A stretch of 64,000 nucleotides of DNA from Candidatus Obscuribacterales bacterium (GCA_965228855.1 CBDDIJ010000002.1:2016001-2080000); one strand, 5' to 3'; positions 43,383-52,807 are shown, numbered from the stretch's first letter. Notes: generated by a model not told the origin, from the sequence alone. Numbers and translations: made by a program.

Positions 43383-44108
43383 ATGAGCACAACCTCGAAA
43401 CTTACAACGGCGGAACAGATCGAAGATTTCATCTCGAAACATCCCGGCGAAGAACTGATCACGCGAAGGCAACTGATACCGTTTGGTTCGGCTGCGGTAG
43501 TCGACAGCATTATTTTCAAGCTCGTTCACAAAACAGGCTCATTAATCCGCATAGCCTGGGGCTGTTATCGAAAACGCGAACGCGTCACGGAAGTTACAGG
43601 AGCGGAGGTGGCGCGAGTCAAGGCTGCAGCTTTCGGACGCAGCGTTGTTTCGTCCCCGCGCACAGTGGCTTTTAACTTGGGTATTTCCCTTAGGCCGGCA
43701 GCACCATTTGAATTTCTGACCAGTGGTCGAAGCAGTTCTTTTAAATTTCAAAATCAAAGGATTGTTTTGACAGGAGCCAGTTCCCGCAAAATGTCGTTGG
43801 GTGAGAGTAAAATCGGGCAGACCATTCGAGCACTTTGGCAGCTAGGCAAGTCTATTGTCGATGAACACGTTATCGGAAAGGCAACCGAATCCTTTTCGAC
43901 CGATGAGAGAATCGAAATGAGCAAGCTATGTGCGTCTATGCCGGAGTGGCTCGGGCAATTCTTCTATCCCTGGAGACTCCTGGAGAAAGTTTCTAGACCG
44001 CAATTCCAATATCCTGACGATTTGGAGCAGCTATGGCTAAACGAAGCATCCGCTCTCTATTGTGTTAGTTCCGACCCTGGCGGAAGCCGTTTGTCTCTCA
44101 CTGGTTAG
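43383..44108 (+). CDS. DUF6088 / AbiEi-like winged-helix protein, no toxin partner adjacent
   Basis: FGSAAVVD..IFKLV..GSLIRIAWGCY, AFNLGIS, FLTSGRS..FKF, IRALWQLGK, MPEWL; strong SD. Confidence 0.75.
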   Translation: MSTTSKLTTAEQIEDFISKHPGEELITRRQLIPFGSAAVVDSIIFKLVHKTGSLIRIAWGCYRKRERVTEVTGAEVARVKAAAFGRSVVSSPRTVAFNLGISLRPAAPFEFLTSGRSSSFKFQNQRIVLTGASSRKMSLGESKIGQTIRALWQLGKSIVDEHVIGKATESFSTDERIEMSKLCASMPEWLGQFFYPWRLLEKVSRPQFQYPDDLEQLWLNEASALYCVSSDPGGSRLSLTG

Positions 44109-44176
44109 GTCTGGAGATAGAGCAAACTTTGACTGTTCAGAAGAGCAAGATAGCGCTTCTCCCTGTCTCAAGCTTC

Positions 44177-44267
44177 GCTCCAGCATTAGGCGGCGTACTT
44201 CAGATTTACCCTCGTAGAGCGTACGCATTCGAATACTTCTAATGCTGGAGCATTCGCTATTTTTTTT
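44177..44267. other. Nested stem-loop element between convergent genes (terminator or structured RNA)
   Basis: Perfect 13-bp IR GCTCCAGCATTAG (44177-44189) / CTAATGCTGGAGC (44239-44251) enclosing a 6-bp IR GCGTAC/GTACGC; T-run at 44260-44267. Confidence 0.55.
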
Positions 44268-44274
44268 CAAACAA

Positions 44275-45069
44275 TCATGAAGCCGCTTTTATGCCACCGG
44301 ACGCGATGGCGCTTGCCGACTGGCTAAAGAGTTGAAAACGTGAACGAATTGCTCGTGGATCTCGCTCGACGACGTCGATGCAATTTGCTGGAATTCCCAT
44401 TTCCGTTCCGATCTTTTTGAAATCTTCGTTGTCGAGTTGCAAGCCCATGAAGAAAATCTTGTGTTTTTCCATTGCGAGCATGTCCTTCACCACCTTTGCC
44501 ACATCTGCAGCAGTTGATCGTCCTTCATTATTGATGCCGTCGGTCATTAATAGGGTGACTGAACGCGTCTGGATTCCATATGTCTCCTCCCACCACTTTG
44601 TCCTTGCGATAACGCTTCCAAGCGTTTCCAGACAGCGGTCGTATAACGGTGTTCCCGAGCCTGCGATGAAACCCTTTCTCTCTAGTCGCGGCGCCGCCTT
44701 CAAATTGGACCAGCGGAATTGTTCTTCGCTTCCAGTGATGTGACGCGTATACAGCTTGCTGTGGTTCAACAGTATTGTCAGTGATTCGATCGAATTCACT
44801 GCTCGGGCACCGATTAGTGAATTCACGACGAGGTTGTGTCCCTCGATAACGGCATTATCGTTGTCGTTGAATTCCATCGATGGACTATTGTCTATCAGCA
44901 TGCATAGCTGAGTTTGTTCTGTCACAGTCGGTTTCACGACCGGAGCCGCCATTGTGCGGTTGATGCGTGTGGATAAACCGTTTAATAGGGCTGCTGAACC
45001 AGGCGAGATCTCGCCGGCATCGAGGGATTCTTGGAAAAGGTCGGATGCATCTGGTGTGTCTGAACTCAT
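44275..45069 (-). CDS. vWA (TerY-like) domain protein
   Basis: MIDAS motifs LIDNSPSM, GTPLYD and LMTDG; SD AGGAG. Confidence 0.85.
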   Translation of the reverse strand: MSSDTPDASDLFQESLDAGEISPGSAALLNGLSTRINRTMAAPVVKPTVTEQTQLCMLIDNSPSMEFNDNDNAVIEGHNLVVNSLIGARAVNSIESLTILLNHSKLYTRHITGSEEQFRWSNLKAAPRLERKGFIAGSGTPLYDRCLETLGSVIARTKWWEETYGIQTRSVTLLMTDGINNEGRSTAADVAKVVKDMLAMEKHKIFFMGLQLDNEDFKKIGTEMGIPANCIDVVERDPRAIRSRFQLFSQSASAIASGGIKAAS

Positions 45070-45127
45070 AATATTCTCCTTCTGAATGAAATTTTGCCGA
45101 AAATCTTTTTGACCGAACTAATTCGAT

Positions 45128-46174
45128 TCACTCAAAGAGGTCGGGATTGATTCCCGGCCAATCCTGCATAGGCGTTTTCGAATTGACGACGTTCATTCCA
45201 GCCTTTTTGAAATCTGCAATTGCTTCCTGTCCTTGTTGTTCAAAACCGGGAACGGAAGAAGTGCAGTCTTCCAGGATGTACACGCGTTTGGCGAGCGCCG
45301 GATCCTGCGCTTTGATTTTCTTGAGGATGTCGTAGATGGCAGCTCGAACACAGTGCGACTCGGCTTCACCCGCAATTATTAGCGCTTCGTATTTAAGCAA
45401 ATCCTCGACTGCTTTATCCGATTCTTCACCAACGGTGACACCATCGTGCGCCTTCGTTATCTCCGTGCCGAACGGCGAATAGTATTCGCTCAGTGGCAAA
45501 TCGCCCTTCAAACGATACTGCGTTCTGCTCCAGCGAGCGATGTCGTGGAAGTCCACCGCCACTTGAAGCGAAGGGACAATTGCATGACCCGGACTGGCTA
45601 ATCTGCCGTGAACAGGCCACACCACCAGTGGTGGCTTGCCTAAACGAGCTAATTCCTCCGTGTAATGAATCACGTAGTTTTGCAACCAGGGCAGAAATTT
45701 CATGTCTCCAAAGAGAACGTATGCCATTTCCGGGTTGACGAAAATTGTTTTACCGACGTCTCCTGGAAGAACTACGGTGAAACCGTTTGGATGTTTTCCA
45801 TCGCCATCGGTCCAGAATAGCGGATGGAAAATCTGAAAGAGGTAGTGTGTATCCAGTGTCAGAATGATGTCGCTTATTACTCTCATGTTGCGGTAAATGA
45901 ATTCGCATATGTTCGAGGTATCAGACACCGATGCCGGAGCGATCGACAGCTCCCCATCGGCAAGGCAGAAAGTCTTCTGCTGGTCGATGATTGTGAGCGC
46001 AATCGAGTGCTTATCTTTTCTGCGCGGTTCAATTTTGTGAAGGGTTCTCCACTCTGCAGCATTCGCCATGATTTCCTGGTAGTTTGGTGTGAAGAAATCC
46101 GCCACTTTGTTTTTGTCGTACAGAGGTGGGAAAGGCAGTTCATAAGCAGGTTTGCTCTTCAGTACGTTACTCAT
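45128..46174 (-). CDS. Nicotinamidase/isochorismatase-family cysteine hydrolase
   Basis: IIDQQKTFC (Asp), TLDTH (metal ligands), WPVH..., RLKG (Lys), GEAESHCV (Cys), LEDCTS; SD AGGAG. Confidence 0.85.
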   Translation of the reverse strand: MSNVLKSKPAYELPFPPLYDKNKVADFFTPNYQEIMANAAEWRTLHKIEPRRKDKHSIALTIIDQQKTFCLADGELSIAPASVSDTSNICEFIYRNMRVISDIILTLDTHYLFQIFHPLFWTDGDGKHPNGFTVVLPGDVGKTIFVNPEMAYVLFGDMKFLPWLQNYVIHYTEELARLGKPPLVVWPVHGRLASPGHAIVPSLQVAVDFHDIARWSRTQYRLKGDLPLSEYYSPFGTEITKAHDGVTVGEESDKAVEDLLKYEALIIAGEAESHCVRAAIYDILKKIKAQDPALAKRVYILEDCTSSVPGFEQQGQEAIADFKKAGMNVVNSKTPMQDWPGINPDLFE

Positions 46175-46248
46175 ATCGATCTCCTTTGGTCGTTCAAAAC
46201 CGAGCGCGTTGTGGTGCGCGCCGAAACTGCAATTTTCTGTTTAACTAA

Positions 46249-48105
46249 CTAACTAATACTCAGTAATCTGATTGATTTTGAGTTCCACGCGTACAACCCT
46301 CCATTCGTGAAAATCAAGTTGTCTCCTGCTTCCAATATTTGTTCTGGTCCCGTAAACTCTTGCGCGATCCGCAATGACATTACATCTGCTTCCACTTTCG
46401 CTATTCCGCTGTTAGTGGGCACCAACAGCGTTTCTATCATTCCTCCTCTTTGATCCGGTATTGCTGCCGCGCAACTTTGATGAAGTCCATCCATCCAACT
46501 GCCGTTGCCGTCCGGTATTTCGCAGGTTCCCAGGCAACTGCCGCAATCGTTAAAAGCGGTGACGCGATTGAAAACTTGTCCCTTTTCTTCGAAGGTTACG
46601 AGCAACCAGAGTTGTCTTTCCGTAAATCGGCAACTCACTTTCAATAACGTTCCGCGCATCGCGTCTACGTCGAGCAGCTTCCGGCCTATCGTTTCATCGT
46701 CGAACAAGAAAGCTCTTCTAAATTCACCGGCAAGGTAAAACCCAAATCCAAAACTGGGACCAGCCCAAATTCTCGTTTGTTCTTTTAGCACCTCGTCTAT
46801 GAAACTTTTTCTGCCATCTTTGATGCTAAAAAGTTGTCCATCCTCAATGATGTAGCAGGTCCGGTGACTGCAATCGAAAACCGGCTCCCTGTCTCTGAAC
46901 TGGTCTATTACAATTTGGTGGTGAGTGCTATCGTGTGCGAAATGCACTAAGCGTTTTCCTTTTCCGGCAAAGGTTGACGAGTTCTGAAGTGCGAACCGCA
47001 AGTCGCTATCGATTTTTCCTTTGAGAACGACTTGACCATTTTCTCGGATGAATTGCTCTTCGAGGTTGTAGAGATATCTTAGATTGGAGCCATCATGAGT
47101 GACGTTCAGTATTACGCCGTCCGTTGAGAAAACAACTTGAGACTTTCCGTTTGATGCTACTTTAGCCTTAGTGGTCCCTGATGCTGACTTTTTCGAAGGG
47201 CTCAAATTTAGAAGAAGAGGAAGTGGAAACGGTGTCCGCACGTCTTCTTGCAGCATAGCCTCGAAAAAAACAATCAGGTCCCGCGAGAGAATATCTTGAA
47301 TTCTTTTGCCTGCCAGTGGGTAGGATACGTCTTTGTTGAATACTGAAATTCGTTTGAGGGCGCGCTGATCAGGCGAGACTCTTTGCACAGGAAGTTTTGG
47401 TTTGTACACACCGCCGTAGGGATGTACGTTAAGCAGCGCCTCAAATAGCATCGTCGAGAATGAGTACCAGTCTGTCTCCTCTGAAAATCTTTCGCACAAT
47501 CCGATTTGACCATTTGTCAGCTGCAGTACGAGCGGATCCGCATACCTGTTCGTGAAAGTCTTACATGTATACGTTGAGAACTGCATGCTGTCGGTATCGA
47601 CGATGTATGCGTCTTTGCCGGATACTAAAACATTAAGGCTATTGAAGTCACCGATTATGACACCACTTGCGTGCAGAGCTGAAACGGAAGCATGCAAATC
47701 TGAGAACACATCTACAATTGTCGGTATGGAGATGTCTTTTGATTCCTGAAAATCGCGCTGCGAAAATTCGTGCATGCTATTTGCCCGAGTGATGTTCGCC
47801 ATGGTGTAGCCCACAACTCTTCGATCGGCTTGCTGATTCTTGTCGTAAACAAGCCTTAAAGGTGATACTACATGAGGTATCAGCAGCTTCGGGAACTGCT
47901 CCAGTTTGATTTGATGCTCTTGCAGTCTAATCCCGGCAGTCTGAGCGGATCGCAAATCTGACTTGAATTGCGGATGGCTGGGTTGTTTGAACAACTTCAA
48001 TACTTCCTGGTCATCGAGTTTGTAGACTTCAGCTTCGCCCCCTTCTCCGATCAAAGCTGACGGTTGAAGGCGGATTTTTTGATCTTCTATGTAAACAGCA
48101 AACAT
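46249..48105 (-). CDS. YegI-type (TerY-P triad) Ser/Thr kinase with C-terminal beta-rich domain
   Basis: IGEGGEAEVY, VLKLF, GVIIGDFNSLNVLV, IVDTDSMQ, TDWYSF, VHPYGG. Start at ATG 48105 with SD GAGGT. Confidence 0.85.
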   Translation of the reverse strand: MFAVYIEDQKIRLQPSALIGEGGEAEVYKLDDQEVLKLFKQPSHPQFKSDLRSAQTAGIRLQEHQIKLEQFPKLLIPHVVSPLRLVYDKNQQADRRVVGYTMANITRANSMHEFSQRDFQESKDISIPTIVDVFSDLHASVSALHASGVIIGDFNSLNVLVSGKDAYIVDTDSMQFSTYTCKTFTNRYADPLVLQLTNGQIGLCERFSEETDWYSFSTMLFEALLNVHPYGGVYKPKLPVQRVSPDQRALKRISVFNKDVSYPLAGKRIQDILSRDLIVFFEAMLQEDVRTPFPLPLLLNLSPSKKSASGTTKAKVASNGKSQVVFSTDGVILNVTHDGSNLRYLYNLEEQFIRENGQVVLKGKIDSDLRFALQNSSTFAGKGKRLVHFAHDSTHHQIVIDQFRDREPVFDCSHRTCYIIEDGQLFSIKDGRKSFIDEVLKEQTRIWAGPSFGFGFYLAGEFRRAFLFDDETIGRKLLDVDAMRGTLLKVSCRFTERQLWLLVTFEEKGQVFNRVTAFNDCGSCLGTCEIPDGNGSWMDGLHQSCAAAIPDQRGGMIETLLVPTNSGIAKVEADVMSLRIAQEFTGPEQILEAGDNLIFTNGGLYAWNSKSIRLLSIS

Positions 48106-48115
48106 CTTCGTTACC

Positions 48116-49009
48116 TCATCGCCGGCGTAACGCAATTACGGTTGTGTCGTCCGGAAGTAAACCTTGATGGCGTTCCATCCGCATTTCCAGAGAGTTGAAT
48201 GTAGTAACTTCGCTGTTTAGCTGGCGGAGCCACGGCGTTAACGAATGAGGGTTTTCTTCCGTAAAAAAATTGTCGTTAGTCCAGATTTGACTGATGTGTC
48301 CGACTAGCCGGTTTTTACCTGGAATTCTTCGCAGTTCTTTGTCCAGTAAATCTCTCAAACCATCAGTAGCGATCATCACGGTCTCGAGGTCTTCAGTTGG
48401 GATTACTTTGTGTACTTTGATCTTCAGGAAGTCACCTTCGCATCTAGAGTTTGTGAAGAGTGAATATGCAAGATAGGGCGGCGCATTTCCCGGATATGGA
48501 CCAATTTCCCGGAGCTCTCCATTGACTGCGTAGAGCCCGTCTCCCAGCGAAAAGACGACTGTTTTATGCACAGTCACGATGACGCCAACAGTCGTAAAAA
48601 GTAGATAGTCCTGGATGAAGTTTTTGAAGTCGCAGTTGCAATATTCATTGAAATCATGTCTGCAGGTGCCAACTTCCAGACTGCTGATTATTTTTCTAAG
48701 CTGCTTCAAGCAGCGCTTCTTCGTTTGCTCAAGCTGTTCCGAAATCGATTCTTCGGTTGCCACCATGGACAGTGCACCACGACTTGCCAACTCGAGCATC
48801 GCTCGACTTAGAAGTGCTCCACCGATTTTTGCGCCGATTTCCGAATGCCGTCCGCTACCGCAGCCATCGTGAACAAGTGCGATTATGCAATCTTCGAACC
48901 TCTGCACTTCGAAACTGTCTTGATTGTTGGTGCCTTTCAGCAGATTGCCATATCCAATATGAGATCTGCCAGGAATCGTACCAGCAGAGATTTGAAACCC
49001 GAGAGCCAT
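48116..49009 (-). CDS. PP2C-type phosphatase (YegK-like, TerY-P triad)
   Basis: AGTIPGRSH, NNQD, VHDGCGSG..SEIGA, LGDG, IATDG, DDTT; SD GGAGG. Confidence 0.88.
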   Translation of the reverse strand: MALGFQISAGTIPGRSHIGYGNLLKGTNNQDSFEVQRFEDCIIALVHDGCGSGRHSEIGAKIGGALLSRAMLELASRGALSMVATEESISEQLEQTKKRCLKQLRKIISSLEVGTCRHDFNEYCNCDFKNFIQDYLLFTTVGVIVTVHKTVVFSLGDGLYAVNGELREIGPYPGNAPPYLAYSLFTNSRCEGDFLKIKVHKVIPTEDLETVMIATDGLRDLLDKELRRIPGKNRLVGHISQIWTNDNFFTEENPHSLTPWLRQLNSEVTTFNSLEMRMERHQGLLPDDTTVIALRRR

Positions 49010-49118
49010 TAGAACCTCCCGCGCCTGACTATAAAAAATCGCGCGCTCACGCAGGAAGAACTGTTGTTCGTCCGTGCAAATTATTTTGTTTTGATCTCGC
49101 CCAGTAAGCGTTATTTAT

Positions 49119-49147
49119 ACGATAACTCTCCGCCGGTTCTTTGTCAA
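49119..49147 (-). promoter_or_regulatory. Sigma70-type promoter of the PP2C-kinase-hydrolase-vWA operon
   Basis: Minus strand TTGACA (49147-49142), 17-bp spacer, TATCGT (49124-49119). A second TTGACA-17-CATCCT lies at 49175-49147. Confidence 0.55.
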
Positions 49148-49406
49148 GGATGGTAAGCCGAATCTGGACTGTCAAGCATTGTGCGGATTAGCGAACGCAA
49201 AATGTACGTTTAGTAGCGTTGCATCACTCGCGCGTTTCTGAAAAGGCGAGAGACTTCTTTGCCCTGCCCGCGCTCGTCCAAAGCGAGCAGTTTGTCTGGG
49301 TTCCAGCGTTAAATCCATACAAGCAGAAACGCCGAGTTCTGTAGTATCGTATGTTTATACACAGTCAGAAAACGGCGCTCTGAACCGCGCCGACGGAGAA
49401 TGCGAC

Positions 49407-50405
49407 ATGATAAAAGCACCGCCGCGAACCGTACCCTCTCACCTGGAACCGAGAGACTATTGTCGGCTTGCTGTCCAATACTACCTCATGGGCTGGACGC
49501 GGCAGGCTGTGAAATCCGGACGTCTTGCACTTCAGAGTAACCCGTCCGCTCACGGAAACTCGCCGCTGGGCGACTTAAGCGAAGAGGATTATGGTCGGTT
49601 CCGCCAGATGGTTCAGGGACTTGATACGAGTGTGTCAATTGGCGAGCAATTTTTCGGCGTTAGTAGAACAGTAAGCGATTTCATGCATGAGGGCGCCGAG
49701 GCAACTTCTGCTTTCGCGGATGAGCTCATCCGTGACAATAAGACTCTCAAGCTTTTGAAGTTTGGGTTGGAGGAGGCTGCTCGTCAGATTTCGACGGGGG
49801 CGCAGGATTTGTTTGAGCAGGCACTCGAGCAGGCTGTCAAAGTAGCGCAGCCCCCCAAGCCGGTTCCGGATGGTTTGACTTCGCAGGGTTACCTGGATCT
49901 TGCGAAACAGTATTTGCAATTCGGCTGGACAGAACAGGCTCGAGATAGTTTGCTCAAGGTTCGCGAAATGGAAGGTGAGCGCTTGAAAGGTGCTCTGGCT
50001 TGGACGTTGCTACGCACTCAGCTGCCGAAGGAACCGTTGCCGTTTCTGGCTGAAGAAGGTTTGGCTGAAGCTCGTCGTAAGTCTATGCGTGGCGCTGAAG
50101 AGGCTGCTATCGAAGTCTTGGAAGAGCTCATTCAGCGTTACCCGGATCTGGAGCTGCCTTATGTGGTGCTCTCGAATTACGAGTTGCGAAACGGTCGACT
50201 TGAAAAGGCGCGGTCGTTGCTGAATGCAGCCGCAAAACTCAACCCGAATTATTTGAATACTTGGCTTCAACTCGCCAAAGTTCATGCAATCGGTGGCGAC
50301 ATTCTCGAGTCGCAGCGTTGTTTGGATAGAGCAACGGATCTCGATCCCGACGATTTCGCGATTCCGCCTCTGCGTCAGCTAATATCGATCCTGTCCCGAC
50401 TCTAG
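49407..50405 (+). CDS. TPR-repeat protein
   Basis: TPRs (PYVVLSNYEL, TWLQLAKVH..., LDPDD); duplicated YxxLAxQYxxxGWTxQA motif. Confidence 0.75.
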   Translation: MIKAPPRTVPSHLEPRDYCRLAVQYYLMGWTRQAVKSGRLALQSNPSAHGNSPLGDLSEEDYGRFRQMVQGLDTSVSIGEQFFGVSRTVSDFMHEGAEATSAFADELIRDNKTLKLLKFGLEEAARQISTGAQDLFEQALEQAVKVAQPPKPVPDGLTSQGYLDLAKQYLQFGWTEQARDSLLKVREMEGERLKGALAWTLLRTQLPKEPLPFLAEEGLAEARRKSMRGAEEAAIEVLEELIQRYPDLELPYVVLSNYELRNGRLEKARSLLNAAAKLNPNYLNTWLQLAKVHAIGGDILESQRCLDRATDLDPDDFAIPPLRQLISILSRL

Positions 50406-50659
50406 CCTGACGCGGTTGGGCTTACGCAAGCTTCTGATGCAGATGCAATTCAGCCTTCATGGTCTTGTGAAAATGATCTGATAATGTGCCTGAACCCACT
50501 AAATTTGCGTATTTCCACCATTACGGTAGTATGAGACTAAAGTTATATTGGTTAATGGAAATCGATCACTGGGCAAGTCATAGCAAAGCGCCCTACGGGC
50601 TGTTGTCAATGCAAGGCTGCTGAAGTTTAAAACCCTGTTCCAAGAAGAGTTTCAAAGTT

Positions 50660-50980
50660 ATGGATACTTTCACCCAGGCATCGATGTATGGAACTACGCC
50701 TCTTGAAGAGAAGGCGGAACAGTTTGCATCGCTTTTGCGCGCCGGTCTTGAGGATGAGTTCGCAAAGCAGTTTCAGCGCTCGACAGCCGGTATGGATGAA
50801 TGCCAGGCGGATGCGCTCATAGCGCTGGTCAATATGCGCCTTTCCAATGGCATTCGGCGTCGCGATCTGAAGGTTGTCATCGCACGCAAGGCTGATAGTC
50901 CAAACACTGTCACGGTGCTAGACCGTTCGCGCTTCTTCGGCAGCGGATGGTCGGTTGCGCGCCAGACTTTTGCGATTTAA
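50660..50980 (+). CDS. Hypothetical protein
   Basis: 106-aa ATG-started ORF filling the gap between co-oriented genes; no recognised motif. Confidence 0.55.
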   Translation: MDTFTQASMYGTTPLEEKAEQFASLLRAGLEDEFAKQFQRSTAGMDECQADALIALVNMRLSNGIRRRDLKVVIARKADSPNTVTVLDRSRFFGSGWSVARQTFAI

Positions 50981-51096
50981 AACTGAAAGCGTTTCCCAAG
51001 CTTTAACCTTGTAAAACAGAATCGCGGGTTCGCGAGGTTGTATATTATGAGGATTATTTTTCGCGCGTCACAGAACGCCGCCAGCAGGAGAACGCC

Positions 51097-52284
51097 ATGC
51101 AGTCTCAGACGAGAAAGACCGGTTCGGCTAAAGCCAATCAGTTCAAAGAGTCGGTTATCCGAGAAATGTCGCGGCTTGCGGCGCAGCATAAAGCTGTCAA
51201 TTTAGCCCAGGGTCTTCCTGATTTCGCGGCACCACTCGAACTTAAGGAAGCGGCTATAAAAGCCATTCTTGACGACGTCAATCAGTACGCAATCACGTGG
51301 GGCGATAGACCTTTTCGCGAGGCGATCGCCGCAAAAACAAAAAACTATCTAGGACTGACTATCGATCCGGAGAAAAACATCACGGTCACCTGCGGGGCTA
51401 CCGAGGCGATGGTCGCAGGTATGCTGGCACTCGTGGATCCTGATGAAGAGGTCATAGTCTTCGAACCCTTTTATGAAAACTATGGACCCGATGCCATCTT
51501 ATCCGGTGCAAAACCGCGCTACGTAAAACTAAATGCACCAAACTGGGACTTTGACGAAGATGAGCTCAGGCAGGCGTTTAACAGTAAGACGCGAGCGATT
51601 ATCGTCAACACTCCTCACAATCCAACCGGCAAAGTTTTCAAAAAAGAAGAGCTGGAGTTTATCGCAAGCCTATGCCAAAAGCACGGTGTGCTGTGCTTTA
51701 CCGATGAGATTTATGAGCACATTTTGTACGATGATGCAAAGCATATTGCGATGGCTTCGATTCCGGGAATGGAAGATTTGACTGTCACGATCAACAGTTT
51801 ATCCAAAACATACAGTGTCACAGGTTGGCGTGTGGGCTGGGCAATCGCTCATGAAGACTTGACCTTGCCGATACGAAAAGTTCACGATTTCCTGACGGTT
51901 GGATCACCTGCACCACTTCAGCGTGCGGGAGCAGCCGCCGTTAATTTGCCACAGAAATTTTATTCTGACATGCATGAAGAATACGCAATTCGTCGTAAGG
52001 TAATGCTAGAAATCCTTGATGAGTCAGGCATTCCGTACTACAAGCCGGAAGGCGCCTATTACGTTTTCTGTGACGTAAGAAAGTTTGGTTACAAAGACGA
52101 TTTAGCAATCACCAAGCATCTAGTGCGAGAAGTTGGTGTGGCTGTTGTGCCTGGAAGCAGTTTCTTCCGCAAATCCGAAACAGAGGAAGCTAGGCACTTC
52201 ATCAGATTCTGCTTCAGCAGAAAGATGGAGACGCTTGAAACTGCTCGCGAACGGTTGAAGAAGTTGGCGCCATTCAAAGCTTAG
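51097..52284 (+). CDS. PLP-dependent aminotransferase class I/II (YbdL/kynurenine aminotransferase-like)
   Basis: VNLAQGLPDF, NQYA, TCGATEA, NTPHNPTGKVF, DEIYE, SLSKTYSVTGWRVG (PLP Lys), RFCF. Confidence 0.93.
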   Translation: MQSQTRKTGSAKANQFKESVIREMSRLAAQHKAVNLAQGLPDFAAPLELKEAAIKAILDDVNQYAITWGDRPFREAIAAKTKNYLGLTIDPEKNITVTCGATEAMVAGMLALVDPDEEVIVFEPFYENYGPDAILSGAKPRYVKLNAPNWDFDEDELRQAFNSKTRAIIVNTPHNPTGKVFKKEELEFIASLCQKHGVLCFTDEIYEHILYDDAKHIAMASIPGMEDLTVTINSLSKTYSVTGWRVGWAIAHEDLTLPIRKVHDFLTVGSPAPLQRAGAAAVNLPQKFYSDMHEEYAIRRKVMLEILDESGIPYYKPEGAYYVFCDVRKFGYKDDLAITKHLVREVGVAVVPGSSFFRKSETEEARHFIRFCFSRKMETLETARERLKKLAPFKA

Positions 52285-52355
52285 AGTATGCAGCGTTCCG
52301 CTAGAAACTTAGAGTAAATGCACTTGAAACTGGAACGTCTTTTCGGAGCCGTGAT

Positions 52356-52724
52356 TTATTGAATCACGCCGACTGCCTGTAACAATCCGACGATTACTAT
52401 AACTTCAGCGATGCTGCAGATCACGAGCATCATGCCCGATGGCATGAATTTTTTCGTCTTCGCCAAACGCGACGCAAACATACCGTCGAGAAGGAAGAGA
52501 AGTACCGTAGCTGCAACCAAGCCGGCTCTCAAATCTGCCTGGGTTACGAAAAAGCTTACTGCCAGGAGGATACCGCTGATTACACCGGCAATGAGAGAGG
52601 CTTTACTCTTTGCTTTTACAAAGCCCATGATGCCGCCGAGCGCGACTAAAATTGCAGTACCGAGAATTGTGTACTGTGCGATGGGAATGAATTGACCTAC
52701 GGCGGCGCCTGTTTCTGGATTCAT
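52356..52724 (-). CDS. TMEM14 family membrane protein
   Basis: LVALGGIMGFVKAKSKASLIAG and RLAKTKKFMPSG signatures. Confidence 0.88.
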   Translation of the reverse strand: MNPETGAAVGQFIPIAQYTILGTAILVALGGIMGFVKAKSKASLIAGVISGILLAVSFFVTQADLRAGLVAATVLLFLLDGMFASRLAKTKKFMPSGMMLVICSIAEVIVIVGLLQAVGVIQ

Positions 52725-52807
52725 TGAGATTTATCCTTTGCTATTTGCTTCAGATTCTAGCGCGTTAAGCAGCGTCTCAAAGTGAAGGCGGTTTCAAGTT
52801 CTTGCAT

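Noticed and set aside
50560..50630. Possible c-di-GMP-I riboswitch upstream of 50660 (GGGCAA...GCAAAGC)
   Set aside because: The GNRA-capped P2 stem and the conserved spacing are missing; the resemblance is superficial.
52280..52340. Degenerate direct repeat CTTAGAGTA..TGCA between convergent genes
   Set aside because: Only two short imperfect copies; not distinguishable from chance or a local duplication.
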